Positions 29,034 through 37,670 of a DNA stretch of 64,000 nucleotides are shown here, piece by piece. The notes under the pieces were generated by a model. That model did no database searches. It was not told the DNA's origin and was given only the letters and a program-made list of their open reading frames with translations. This DNA is from Thainema sp. GTDB lineage: Bacteria; Cyanobacteriota; Cyanobacteriia; Phormidesmidales; Phormidesmidaceae. Numbering within the stretch: the first letter of the stretch is position 1; every line of letters starts with the position of its first letter. Made by a program: the position numbers and the translations under genes. The stretch is from contig JBQLZK010000016.1 in the NCBI GenBank assembly GCA_052168235.1, positions 1 through 64,000 on the forward strand, written 5' to 3'.

Positions 29034-30443
29034 ATGACTTTACCAACCGCCACGCTTTTGGCTGCCCGCATTGCACATCAGGAAGTCACAGCGGAGGCGA
29101 CGATTGCGGCGACCTTAGCTCGAATTGCGGCCCACAACGAAACGCTCAACTGCTTCACCACAATCCTGGCCGACGAAGCGATCGCAGCTGCCCGCCAGAT
29201 TGATACTGCGATCGCAAATGGCATTGATCCGGGGCCACTGTCCGGTGTGCCGTTTGCGGTCAAGGATCTGCTGGATATTGAAGGCGTAACAACCCTGGCT
29301 GGCTCAAAAATCAATCGGGAATTGCCGCCTGCGACTGTCGATGCGACAACGGTAGCGCGGCTGAAGCAGGCTGGCGCAATTCTGGTCGGGGCGCTCAATA
29401 TGGACGAGTATGCCTACGGGTTTGTCACCGAAAATTCTCACTATGGACCCACTCGTAATCCCCACGATCTCGCGCGGGTAGCAGGCGGTTCGTCCGGTGG
29501 TTCAGCCGCTGCCGTGGCCGCTGAGCTAGTGCCGATAACCTTGGGGTCAGATACCAACGGTTCAATTCGGGTTCCCGCCTCATTCTGCGGCATTTTAGGG
29601 CTGAAGCCGACCTATGGCCGCATTTCCCGAGCCGGAGCGTTTCTGTTCAGCAATAGCCTAGATCACATTGGCCCCTTTGCCCGCTCAGTGGCCGACATCG
29701 CAACTGCGTTTGATGTCTTGGAAGGGCCAGATTCGCGCGATCCAATCTGCTGCAAGCGATCACCCGAATTGGTTCTAGATACGATTGACCAGGGGCTGGA
29801 TAGTCTAAAAATTGCGATCGCAGATGGTTATTTTGCTCAAAAAATGCAGCCTGACGTCGCGCGAGGCTTTGAGCAAGTCGTCAAAGCGCTCAACGTTACT
29901 CAGCACATCACCATTCCCGAAGCTCATCGCGCCCGCGCTGCTGCTTATATCATCACAGCCAGCGAAGGCAGTAACTTTCATTGGCAAAATCTGCGATCGC
30001 GTCCCCAAGACTTTGACCCAGCCACCCGCGATCGGTTTATTGCCGGAGCGTTTATTCCGTCTACCTGGTACATGCAAGCCCAGCGCTTCCGCCGCTGGTA
30101 TCGCGATCGGGTACGAGAACTTTTTCAATCGGTGGATATCATCTTGGCTCCCACAACGCCCTGCGTCGCTCCCGAAATCGGCCAGCAAACCATGACGCTG
30201 GATGGAGAGGAAATGCTGGTGCGGCCTAACTTGGGCCTCTACACCCAGCCGCTGTCATTCATCGGCCTACCGATTCTCTCGGTGCCAGTTTTCCTACCCG
30301 ATCAACCGCTACCCGTCGGCATTCAAATCATCGGCGCGCCCTATCAAGAGGCGAAAGTGCTACGTGTGGCTGCCGTTCTCGAAGCAATGGGCGTCATCAC
30401 CTGCCAAGAACCCCAAATCAACTTCACAAAGCAACAGCCATAG
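29034..30443 (+). CDS. AtzE-family amidase (amidase signature)
   Basis: VKD, GGSSGGS, GSDTNGSIRVP, NMDEYAYGFVTEN, DFDPATRDR; start set to ATG 29034. Confidence 0.9.
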   Translation: MTLPTATLLAARIAHQEVTAEATIAATLARIAAHNETLNCFTTILADEAIAAARQIDTAIANGIDPGPLSGVPFAVKDLLDIEGVTTLAGSKINRELPPATVDATTVARLKQAGAILVGALNMDEYAYGFVTENSHYGPTRNPHDLARVAGGSSGGSAAAVAAELVPITLGSDTNGSIRVPASFCGILGLKPTYGRISRAGAFLFSNSLDHIGPFARSVADIATAFDVLEGPDSRDPICCKRSPELVLDTIDQGLDSLKIAIADGYFAQKMQPDVARGFEQVVKALNVTQHITIPEAHRARAAAYIITASEGSNFHWQNLRSRPQDFDPATRDRFIAGAFIPSTWYMQAQRFRRWYRDRVRELFQSVDIILAPTTPCVAPEIGQQTMTLDGEEMLVRPNLGLYTQPLSFIGLPILSVPVFLPDQPLPVGIQIIGAPYQEAKVLRVAAVLEAMGVITCQEPQINFTKQQP

Positions 30444-30519
30444 TCATATTGATTAGTACGTTTTTGTGGCGCGGCTCCGCCGCGCCACAAAAACGTCTGT
30501 GCCCTAACAGTACTGACTA
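30441..30519. mobile_element. TA-flanked hairpin element starting in the amidase stop codon
   Basis: TAGTCATATTGATTAG...CTAACAGTACTGACTA; ACGTTTTTGTGGCGCGGC-TCC-reverse complement. Confidence 0.65.
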
Positions 30520-30537
30520 CAGCACCCAAAAACCGAA

Positions 30538-30564
30538 GAAGGGCGAGTGCCACTCGCCCCCTAC
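30538..30564. repeat. Degenerate GTAG-type REP
   Basis: GAAGGGCGAGTGCCACTCGCCCCCTAC, similar to 46486-46513. Confidence 0.6.
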
Positions 30565-30625
30565 GCAAGGTCTACTTGATCTGAGTAGCCAAATAGCTTT
30601 TAACGCTTCTTACCTTACTCCCCCT

Positions 30626-31087
30626 TTAATGTTGCGATGCAGGATACGGATCAACCCATACCACCTGTCGCTGATTAGGCTGGAGCCGATTGGTCTGCTC
30701 TTGCATAATTGAGCCAACCTGCTGTGGATCGAAGTGGCGGCTAAAATCTGTTTCAATCGTATCGACGCGCTGTTCGGTACGGCTTAGCTCGGTTTTGATT
30801 TGCTTCAGCTTAGCCTGCTGATTTTGGTGATAGGGCAGCAAGCGGGCAATGGTTGAGCCAGCTAGGGCAATCAGCAGCAAATTTACCCCCAGCTTGAGCG
30901 ACACTTCGATAAGCAGTTCACGCTGCACCGAGCGGGCTGAAGACCTATTACGACGCGCCTGATGAGGATGATTCTGCGATCGCAACTTGGCCGCAGCCCG
31001 AGATGGCGGACGAGACGATTGAGTCAACGGTTGAGGCGGTGGGGTTGGGAGCGATTGCATAGTTCCGGCAGGCAATAAACTGGACAT
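30626..31087 (-). CDS. Bitopic coiled-coil protein, FtsB/FtsL-like putative division protein
   Basis: Basic N-terminus, one TM, coiled coil, FDPQQ...MQEQTNR...VVW. Confidence 0.65.
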   Translation of the reverse strand: MSSLLPAGTMQSLPTPPPQPLTQSSRPPSRAAAKLRSQNHPHQARRNRSSARSVQRELLIEVSLKLGVNLLLIALAGSTIARLLPYHQNQQAKLKQIKTELSRTEQRVDTIETDFSRHFDPQQVGSIMQEQTNRLQPNQRQVVWVDPYPASQH

Positions 31088-31475
31088 AAATGGGAAAGTT
31101 TAGAGACAGGATAGCAGGCTTTTCAAAATTTGCCGCAAAATTAGCTGTGATCGTAGAGAAAGAGCTGGATCAGCCGTCTTACACCAGACCTTATACTATT
31201 AACTTATGGTCATTTTATGGTCATTCAGCTTCAGCAATTGTGTGCATTGTGATACCAGAAATGGCAAGTTAAACAAACAGGTTTGTTCTGATTCTGTCAA
31301 AATGCGGTATCCTCGATGCACTTGCTCAGTCGTCCGCTAGCTTCTGAATGCGATCGCATTCGCTAAATCAATCAATGACTTAGCCTGTATATCGTCATTC
31401 TTCGATTTCTAGCGGGAAACATTAGCAAGACAAGTCCGCCACTTGTGGCTTCCATATGGGTCAGCTGGCAGCGTC

Positions 31476-32138
31476 ATGTTTATTCTTAAACGACAGGATG
31501 TTGAGATATCCAGCATCCCTCATCCTCAAAAAGACCAGACCATTCCAATCCTGCACTACCAGGGGCAAACGTTTCGCCTGATTAGCGTATTTAACGCGGC
31601 CCAGGAGGACGATGCTCGCTCGTTTTGGCGAGATTTGACCGATAATCGGGGAAAAGCCTGCGTTTTGCTGGAAGAACCTGAGCGCTACAGCGTTTGGGGC
31701 AAAGTTCGCTTAGACGCGGTAGGCACTTCTGGTCAAGAAGACGAAGAAATTGATGATTTATATATCCAAGCTGGTTTACTGCTGCTGCAAGCTGTTTATT
31801 TTGATATTGAAGACCTGCTCGGAGCCAAGCAAGCTAAAGCATTTGAAAATGACATCACGCAGATGTTTTTGCAGTGGCGGTTTCCAGATGCGAATTCGCC
31901 CAGTGCTGTCAATCTTTTACTCAATGAAGATCCAATTGAGCGAAAAGTGTTTCCAGCTTGGCAAGAACACCATTTGAATACGCTGATGCAAGAGCTTTAT
32001 CGGTTGGCTAAAACCTACTTCGGCAACGATACGTTTACAGAACGAGTATTAGATGCGCTGCAAGATCTGCCGGGTAACGGTGCACAGCAATTTAATCAGT
32101 GGTTGAAGCGATCCCCCACGGGGAAACTCTGGCAGTAA
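31476..32138 (+). CDS. Conserved cyanobacterial hypothetical protein
   Basis: MFILKRQDVEI...YQGQTFRLISVF...WRDLTDNRGKACVLLEE; start ATG 31476. Confidence 0.8.
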   Translation: MFILKRQDVEISSIPHPQKDQTIPILHYQGQTFRLISVFNAAQEDDARSFWRDLTDNRGKACVLLEEPERYSVWGKVRLDAVGTSGQEDEEIDDLYIQAGLLLLQAVYFDIEDLLGAKQAKAFENDITQMFLQWRFPDANSPSAVNLLLNEDPIERKVFPAWQEHHLNTLMQELYRLAKTYFGNDTFTERVLDALQDLPGNGAQQFNQWLKRSPTGKLWQ

Positions 32139-32485
32139 TTCCGCGATGTATAGTCATTATGCCTACATGCTATGCCTAAACCGCATGAAGACTCATCCGA
32201 AACCAGCAGAGGAGATGTATCGCGTTTACAATCGACGGCCATATCACCGCTCAGGTTTTGAGGGCAAGATTATCTAAATGATAGCCTTAAGAATCATTGA
32301 ATTTCTGAGTTGGATTCCGCCTCGTATGCGACGCTTCTGTCAGCTAGCGCGAATTTAGTCTTGATAGATCAAAACTTGACAGATCAAGAGAAGTTAACGA
32401 TGGTTATATTTCTATATTGCATGGGTTGCCCCGTTGACTAATAAAGCTTGTTATTTGGGTGTTGTGATTTTTGAGGAGGAATCCT

Positions 32486-33514
32486 GTGGCCAGTAAGTCA
32501 TCTGACTCCAAGTCTGCCCTCTCCGTTCCACAGTTGGTGTCAGCTGCGATCGCATGGGCAGTGATTTCGCTCCTATTCTTCTTGTTATTCAGCGTTTCAG
32601 GTGGAGACGACCGTCCTCTTTGGTACACCATTGCGACTTACATTTTTGAAATGGTGGCTTTTGCGGGTGCGGCTGTGCTGTGTTTCCGCAATTGGCGCAG
32701 CTCTCAGATTGTTAGTGGCCGAGGCGTTTGGCTCGCCATTGGCCTTGGGATGGCTTCTTATTTTCTCGGTAGCTTGATTTTTGGTATCTGGGAAGTCATC
32801 TGGCTACAAGATCCAGCCGTTTCCCTAGCCGACATTTTTTACATCGCCACCTATATCTTCTTGGCCTGGGGCATGATCCAAGCGGTCTTACCCCGACGAC
32901 TGAGCCTAGAACTCTATCAGTGGCTCATTGTTGGCGTCGTCGTTGTTTTGAGCGTCGTACTTGCTGTCTTTTTATGGTTCGGTGCAGGTGATGAAGCCGC
33001 TGCTCAGCTCAGAACTCCCTTGGGCGTGAGAGAAGCCGTTGCCCAAACGACTCCTGAGGGGACAGGCGAAGAGGCAGCACCCGCTCCTGAGATCGCACCA
33101 GCAGAGACGCCTGATGATGCTGTACAGGGAACACCTGAAACTGAAGCAGCTACCGAAATTGACAGCCCTGCGCCGGGTTGGGTAATCGCTCTGGATGACG
33201 CACTCTCACCGTTAGAAGGCATTGTGGGACTGCTGTATATCATCGGCGACGTAGCGCTACTGGGAGCGGCAACGACCCTTTTGCTGGCGTTTTGGGGCGG
33301 ACGGTTCTCTCAATCGTGGCGCATGATTGCAGCGGCAGCCTTTTGTCTCTACATTGCCGACATGTGGTTCTTGTATGCAGTAGAGCAGCCTGACTATCAG
33401 AGCGGCAGTTTGCCAGAAGTCTTTTGGGTCTTTTCCGGTGTTTTGTTTGCGATTGGAGCCGCATTGGAGTACGGTGTATCCACCCGCTCACGGCGAGGAC
33501 GGCGGCGGTCTTAA
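32486..33514 (+). CDS. Multi-pass membrane protein with acidic Pro/Ala loop
   Basis: About 8 hydrophobic helices; GTG start behind GAGGAGG. Confidence 0.8.
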   Translation: MASKSSDSKSALSVPQLVSAAIAWAVISLLFFLLFSVSGGDDRPLWYTIATYIFEMVAFAGAAVLCFRNWRSSQIVSGRGVWLAIGLGMASYFLGSLIFGIWEVIWLQDPAVSLADIFYIATYIFLAWGMIQAVLPRRLSLELYQWLIVGVVVVLSVVLAVFLWFGAGDEAAAQLRTPLGVREAVAQTTPEGTGEEAAPAPEIAPAETPDDAVQGTPETEAATEIDSPAPGWVIALDDALSPLEGIVGLLYIIGDVALLGAATTLLLAFWGGRFSQSWRMIAAAAFCLYIADMWFLYAVEQPDYQSGSLPEVFWVFSGVLFAIGAALEYGVSTRSRRGRRRS

Positions 33515-33581
33515 GCTAACATGCAGATCGCACAGATTGTGGCGATAATGAAACATAGTGGCGCGGCTAGGAAATGGTGGC

Positions 33582-34670
33582 ATGGCTCCCAAAAAACTCT
33601 CAGATTCAGAAAAGCAGGACATCGTTAGTCTCTATCGTGAACCGGCAGAGACTACCACAACGCTGTCTGAACGCTTTGGAGTGAGCAACAGTACAATTAG
33701 CCGTATTCTTAAAAGTGCTCTTTCAAGGGAAGAGTACAATGCTTTAGTGCAGCAGAAACGGGCCAAAGGATCGTCCGCTTCTCCAAACAGCACCACGACG
33801 AGCCAGACGAGTCAACTGTCCAGCGGTACAACCGATAGCGGCAAACCGATGCCGATCACTAAATCTGCGAAGTCTAGTCAAGCGGCAGTGGATGACAGTG
33901 ATGTGACTGCCGCTTCGGAGACTGCGATCGCAGATCAGATCGCAGATCAAGCCGAGCCATTCGATCTCACCGATCAAAACGAGGAAGAGGCTCGTCGCTC
34001 CCGCAAGCGCAGTTCGACCAAGCCAGTGACTAAGTCAGACAAAATCAGAGCACAAGCAGAACAGGCTGTGGCGGAAAAAATTGGCCAACAGCTTCAGCTC
34101 CTAGATGCGTCCTTTCGCGATGAGGCTCCATTAGCCGTGGCTGAAGCTACCGATTCACCCGTTTTGGATACGCCCCAGTCATATGCAGCCGATGATTTAG
34201 ATGATGACGATGATGATGATTTCGACGATGAGCTAGAGGATGATCTAGATGACATCGACGATCTGGATGATGATTTCGATGATGAAGACGAGGACGAGGA
34301 CGAGGACGACGAGTTTGACGAGGACATTTTAGACTCAACTGCAGCTAGCAATCGCGTCATCATTGAAATCTTGCCCTTCGAAGATGCCGAGCTACCTCGA
34401 ACCTGTTATCTAGTCGTGGATCGGTTTGCCGAATTAATTACTCGACCGCTGCGAGAGTTTGGTCATCTAGGACAAATTCCTGAGGCAGAAATACAGGAAA
34501 TGACGCTGCCTGTTTTTGATAATCATCGCGTAGCGCGGCGGTTCTCGCGGCGCAATCAGCGGGTCATTAAGGTACCTGACGGCACGATGCTGGAGAAAAC
34601 CAGCGACTACTTACAAGCCAAGGGGATCACGCGTTTGCTCATAGACGGGCAGATTTATGCCCTGGATTAA
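33582..34670 (+). CDS. HTH protein with acidic tract and conserved C-terminal domain
   Basis: LSERFGVSNSTISRIL HTH; ~45-aa D/E tract; CYLVVDR...LPVFDNHRVARRFS. Confidence 0.8.
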   Translation: MAPKKLSDSEKQDIVSLYREPAETTTTLSERFGVSNSTISRILKSALSREEYNALVQQKRAKGSSASPNSTTTSQTSQLSSGTTDSGKPMPITKSAKSSQAAVDDSDVTAASETAIADQIADQAEPFDLTDQNEEEARRSRKRSSTKPVTKSDKIRAQAEQAVAEKIGQQLQLLDASFRDEAPLAVAEATDSPVLDTPQSYAADDLDDDDDDDFDDELEDDLDDIDDLDDDFDDEDEDEDEDDEFDEDILDSTAASNRVIIEILPFEDAELPRTCYLVVDRFAELITRPLREFGHLGQIPEAEIQEMTLPVFDNHRVARRFSRRNQRVIKVPDGTMLEKTSDYLQAKGITRLLIDGQIYALD

Positions 34671-34732
34671 CTCTTAGTGTGATGAGTATATAGCCCTAGT
34701 GGCTTGCTAGCGTGGATTACTAGCATAGGTAA

Positions 34733-35869
34733 TTAGCGTGGATAAATTGTGACCTCAATCCGGCGATTGCGCTGACGGTTGAGGTCAGAGTCATTGGGGA
34801 CTTGCGATCGCAAACTGCCGTAGCCAACTGTGACCCAGCGGTACTGATCGCCTAGTCGTTCGGCTAAGTAGGACTGCACTGCTTTCGCCTGCTGAAATGA
34901 AACGGTTTTGCGAGTTGCGGCCTCAATTTGGTTATCCGTATGCCCAGAAACATGAATCGTTGCGCCTGGGTAATTCTGTAAATCGCGGATGATGCTGTCT
35001 AGAATAGGCCGAGTTGCTTGATTCAGCTGGGTTTCATTTGCAAACAGTACGTCGCTGGGCAGCGTAATTTTGAGCGTATCAGACGCTGGAATAGCGGCAT
35101 TAATGTCCTGATCGATTGGATCGGTTGGGGTGGAAGGCGTAGGTGCGATCGCATTATTATCATTCGCTTCACGACTGGTTGATGGTGAAGTAGTTGATGG
35201 TGGGGACTCGGCTCCTGGTGTAACGGGTTCGCTGCGTTGCTCAGTTGTGGTCGCTGTTTCGGGATTGAGGCGACGCGAAAGCTGATCAATTCGGGCTGCC
35301 AATTCGGCCTGGCTCTCCTCCTGCCCAACATCAGTTTCCAGTGCGGCCATCCGATTTTGAAGTCCTTCTAACTCTGTTCGAATCGCCGATAATTCGGCTT
35401 CGGCCTGTTCTTGAGCCTGCGGATCTAAATTGAGTGGTTCGAGGTTAGTGGCTGAGGAATCTGGAACTGGACTCGTTTGTTCAGCCTGCGTCGTCGAATC
35501 AGTAGAAACTGGCAACTCTGACAAATCAGTGTTAATCGTTGTCGTCGATGTCTCTTGTCCCCAGCGCTGCGGTAGCGAGGTAATGTCGTTGACAACAGCA
35601 CTGGTCTGACGCATGACAATTTCTTGCAGGGGGGGCTCAGGATTTTGAGCTGGATAAAACTGTGCGATCGCAACTCCCAGCAGCCAAGCGGCTCCGCTGC
35701 CAACGCCCAACAGCAACAGACGCAGCCAGAACGACACAAAGCTGCGCAATCGTCCTGCCACCGAGACTGGCTGTCTGCTTGAGCCTGGCTTCGGCGGTTT
35801 AGACGATTTGGGGGGTTTTGAATTGGGCGGTTGAGGCTGGGGTGACAAATTGGGAAGTTGCGCGGCCAT
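34733..35869 (-). CDS. Membrane-anchored OmpA-C (peptidoglycan-binding) protein
   Basis: TM, coiled coil, LPSDVLF, GHTD, GYG, NRRIEV. Confidence 0.88.
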   Translation of the reverse strand: MAAQLPNLSPQPQPPNSKPPKSSKPPKPGSSRQPVSVAGRLRSFVSFWLRLLLLGVGSGAAWLLGVAIAQFYPAQNPEPPLQEIVMRQTSAVVNDITSLPQRWGQETSTTTINTDLSELPVSTDSTTQAEQTSPVPDSSATNLEPLNLDPQAQEQAEAELSAIRTELEGLQNRMAALETDVGQEESQAELAARIDQLSRRLNPETATTTEQRSEPVTPGAESPPSTTSPSTSREANDNNAIAPTPSTPTDPIDQDINAAIPASDTLKITLPSDVLFANETQLNQATRPILDSIIRDLQNYPGATIHVSGHTDNQIEAATRKTVSFQQAKAVQSYLAERLGDQYRWVTVGYGSLRSQVPNDSDLNRQRNRRIEVTIYPR

Positions 35870-36040
35870 AGCTGATGTTGTCCAACAGTTGATCCATCAA
35901 TCCATTCCATCAAAACCAATTTATGAAGATCAATAGTGATTGCCCCAATCAGGATTGTTTGAGGACGACTCACTCATCAACCGATTAGCCTGATGGAAAT
36001 GGTATGAGTATAGCAACTCTCGATTCAACTGCACGCTACT

Positions 36041-36535
36041 CTAAGCGCCAATTTCAACCAGCGATTCGCCACTTAAGACCGCTTGATTCAACGCCAAAAT
36101 TGGCCCAAACAGGGCTGCTTCCTCGGGCGAGAGATAATACCGTATCACATCCTGCATGGCTGAATAGGTTGCGGCACAGCTTCGTTGAGCACCAAACGCT
36201 CGCATAATCGTCGCCAGCCATAGGAGTAATCGCTCGCTCAACCACGTTGGATCATCCAGTAGCATAGCTGTGGCTGAAAATCGCAAAACTCTAATCGTGT
36301 CTCGCTTCCACTTTGCAGTTAGGTCTTCAGTTCCGCGTCGTAACAGATTTGGATCGGCTGTGACTAGACAGTCGTAGACATCTTGCACAATTTTTGATTC
36401 AGCCAACTTAATTTTTTGATAGGTAATAAAGCGCAGTCGAGCAGTTTGGAGATAATCTTGCATGAATTGAAGTTCTGCATCAGAGGCATAACGGCCATCT
36501 GTTTGGGACTGGAGACGGTTCAGTTGGCTCAACAT
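36041..36535 (-). CDS. Phycobiliprotein-fold (allophycocyanin-like) protein
   Basis: DGRYASDAEL, AESKIV, KWKRD...LR. Confidence 0.7.
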   Translation of the reverse strand: MLSQLNRLQSQTDGRYASDAELQFMQDYLQTARLRFITYQKIKLAESKIVQDVYDCLVTADPNLLRRGTEDLTAKWKRDTIRVLRFSATAMLLDDPTWLSERLLLWLATIMRAFGAQRSCAATYSAMQDVIRYYLSPEEAALFGPILALNQAVLSGESLVEIGA

Positions 36536-36570
36536 AATTAAATAGCGTTAGCAGTGGCTTTACAGAGGGC

Positions 36571-36678
36571 TAATGAGACGAAATCCGCCCTAAAAACAGT
36601 TTTTACTTTTTGTGAAAGCCAGGTACAGCCTAACTTTCACAAAAGCATCCGGGTTCTTTCTAGTCGGATTCGATACTA
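36571..36678. mobile_element. MITE-like element family C, copy 2
   Basis: Right end CGGATTCGATACTA is the exact reverse complement of the left end of copy 1. Confidence 0.65.
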
Positions 36679-36767
36679 AAGGAAATAAGTAGAGGTCGAA
36701 AGCTACTTTACATTTCTACACCATCGTTCCCAATCTTAAACCGATGTAAACAAGGTGGCTCATATCT

Positions 36768-36871
36768 ATATAGTCTTTCCTGCTACTGGGGTACAAGTTA
36801 TTTTTTGGAAGCCTCGCTCCGCGAGGCTTCCAAAAAATAACTCCCCCTTTATCGGCGCAAGAACCGCTATA
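36768..36871. mobile_element. TATAG-ended element with 22-bp perfect hairpin (36796-36842)
   Basis: AGTTATTTTTTGGAAGCCTCGC-TCC-reverse complement; ends ATATAGTC.../...ACCGCTATA. Confidence 0.6.
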
Positions 36872-36886
36872 TCTATAGGTGGATAC

Positions 36887-36915
36887 AAAAATGGGGCGCT
36901 TTGGTGAAGCGCCCC
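36887..36915 (-). terminator. Possible intrinsic terminator downstream of pgr5
   Basis: GGGGCGCTT/AAGCGCCCC stem followed by ATTTTT on the minus strand. Confidence 0.45.
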
Positions 36916-37073
36916 TAGAAGAACCCGATCCAATGAGTATTTTGGTGAATATTCTAAAAACTAGCTGGAGAAAATATCGTGAACTCTTGCCTAAAAGAGT
37001 GCTTCAATATTTTCCGTTTGCACATTAACAACTAAATCTATAGATACCTTTACCGTTAACTGCGTCACCAACT

Positions 37074-37271
37074 CTACGCAAGCAGACCAAGCTTTTTGCC
37101 GTTGTCCCGTGCGAGGCGAATCATGTTTTGCCGCTTGGTGCGATCGATACCAACTTGATTACAGAAGTTGGTGATGGCTTTGGAGTGAAGTGCGATCGCT
37201 TGACCACGAACTTTGTTGAACCGTGGGTTGCCCATGAATCGGCGGATGAGAACAACGATGGGTGCAAACAT
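37074..37271 (-). CDS. pgr5: PGR5-like protein (Ssr2016 homologue)
   Basis: MFAPIVV...FNKVRGQAIALHS..ITNFC..VGID...RQNMIRLARDNGKKLGLLA; AGGAG RBS. Confidence 0.9.
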   Translation of the reverse strand: MFAPIVVLIRRFMGNPRFNKVRGQAIALHSKAITNFCNQVGIDRTKRQNMIRLARDNGKKLGLLA

Positions 37272-37299
37272 TGCAACAACTCCTGCGTGCGTCTTGCGT

Positions 37300-37349
37300 T
37301 TTGTAACCTTATGTAAATAAATGTAACTTTAATATTTACAAAACGTCAA
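37300..37349 (-). promoter_or_regulatory. pgr5 promoter overlapped by triple HLR1 (RpaB) site
   Basis: Minus strand TTGACG-N18-TACATT; GTTACATT-TA-TTTACATA-AG-GTTACAAA (37327-37300). Confidence 0.75.
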
Positions 37350-37592
37350 GAACCAGTTGACAAATGATTCCTGATGTTTCCCATAAAGGGTGCTTATTGG
37401 GTTGAGTGGAGGCAATTTTGGATTTTGGATTGGTGCGCTTGTGTAGTGTGAATAGTTTCAAGTGTGGATAGTTTCAATGGCTGTGTTGCATGTCAAAGCG
37501 GGATGGGCAATTTAAGACGTTAAGCCTTGGCTGACTAACTAGCAGGAGCTGTTTTGCGCTTTTCGGAGAATATTTGAATTATCAACGTTACC

Positions 37593-37646
37593 GTAGGAGG
37601 CGAAGGCCATATAGCCCTGCGGGCATAGCTTCGCTAACGCCCCTAC
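37593..37646. repeat. GTAG REP interrupted by a ~27-bp double-minihairpin insertion
   Basis: GTAGGAGGCGAAGGCCAT-[ATAGCCCTGCGGGCATAGCTTCGCTAA]-CGCCCCTAC. Confidence 0.65.
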
Positions 37647-37670
37647 AAGGTGCCGTTCTTTGCAGAAAGA

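Noticed and set aside
32217..32230. NtcA-like GTA...TAC sites near 32218, 12335 and 59529
   Set aside because: Spacers are 7, 6 and 6 nt rather than 8
34094..34363. Poly-Ser and His/Arg-rich antisense ORFs
   Set aside because: Shadows of the GAT/GAC-rich acidic tract on the + strand
33582..34670. Transposase call based on the N-terminal HTH
   Set aside because: No DDE or HUH catalytic domain and no flanking terminal repeats
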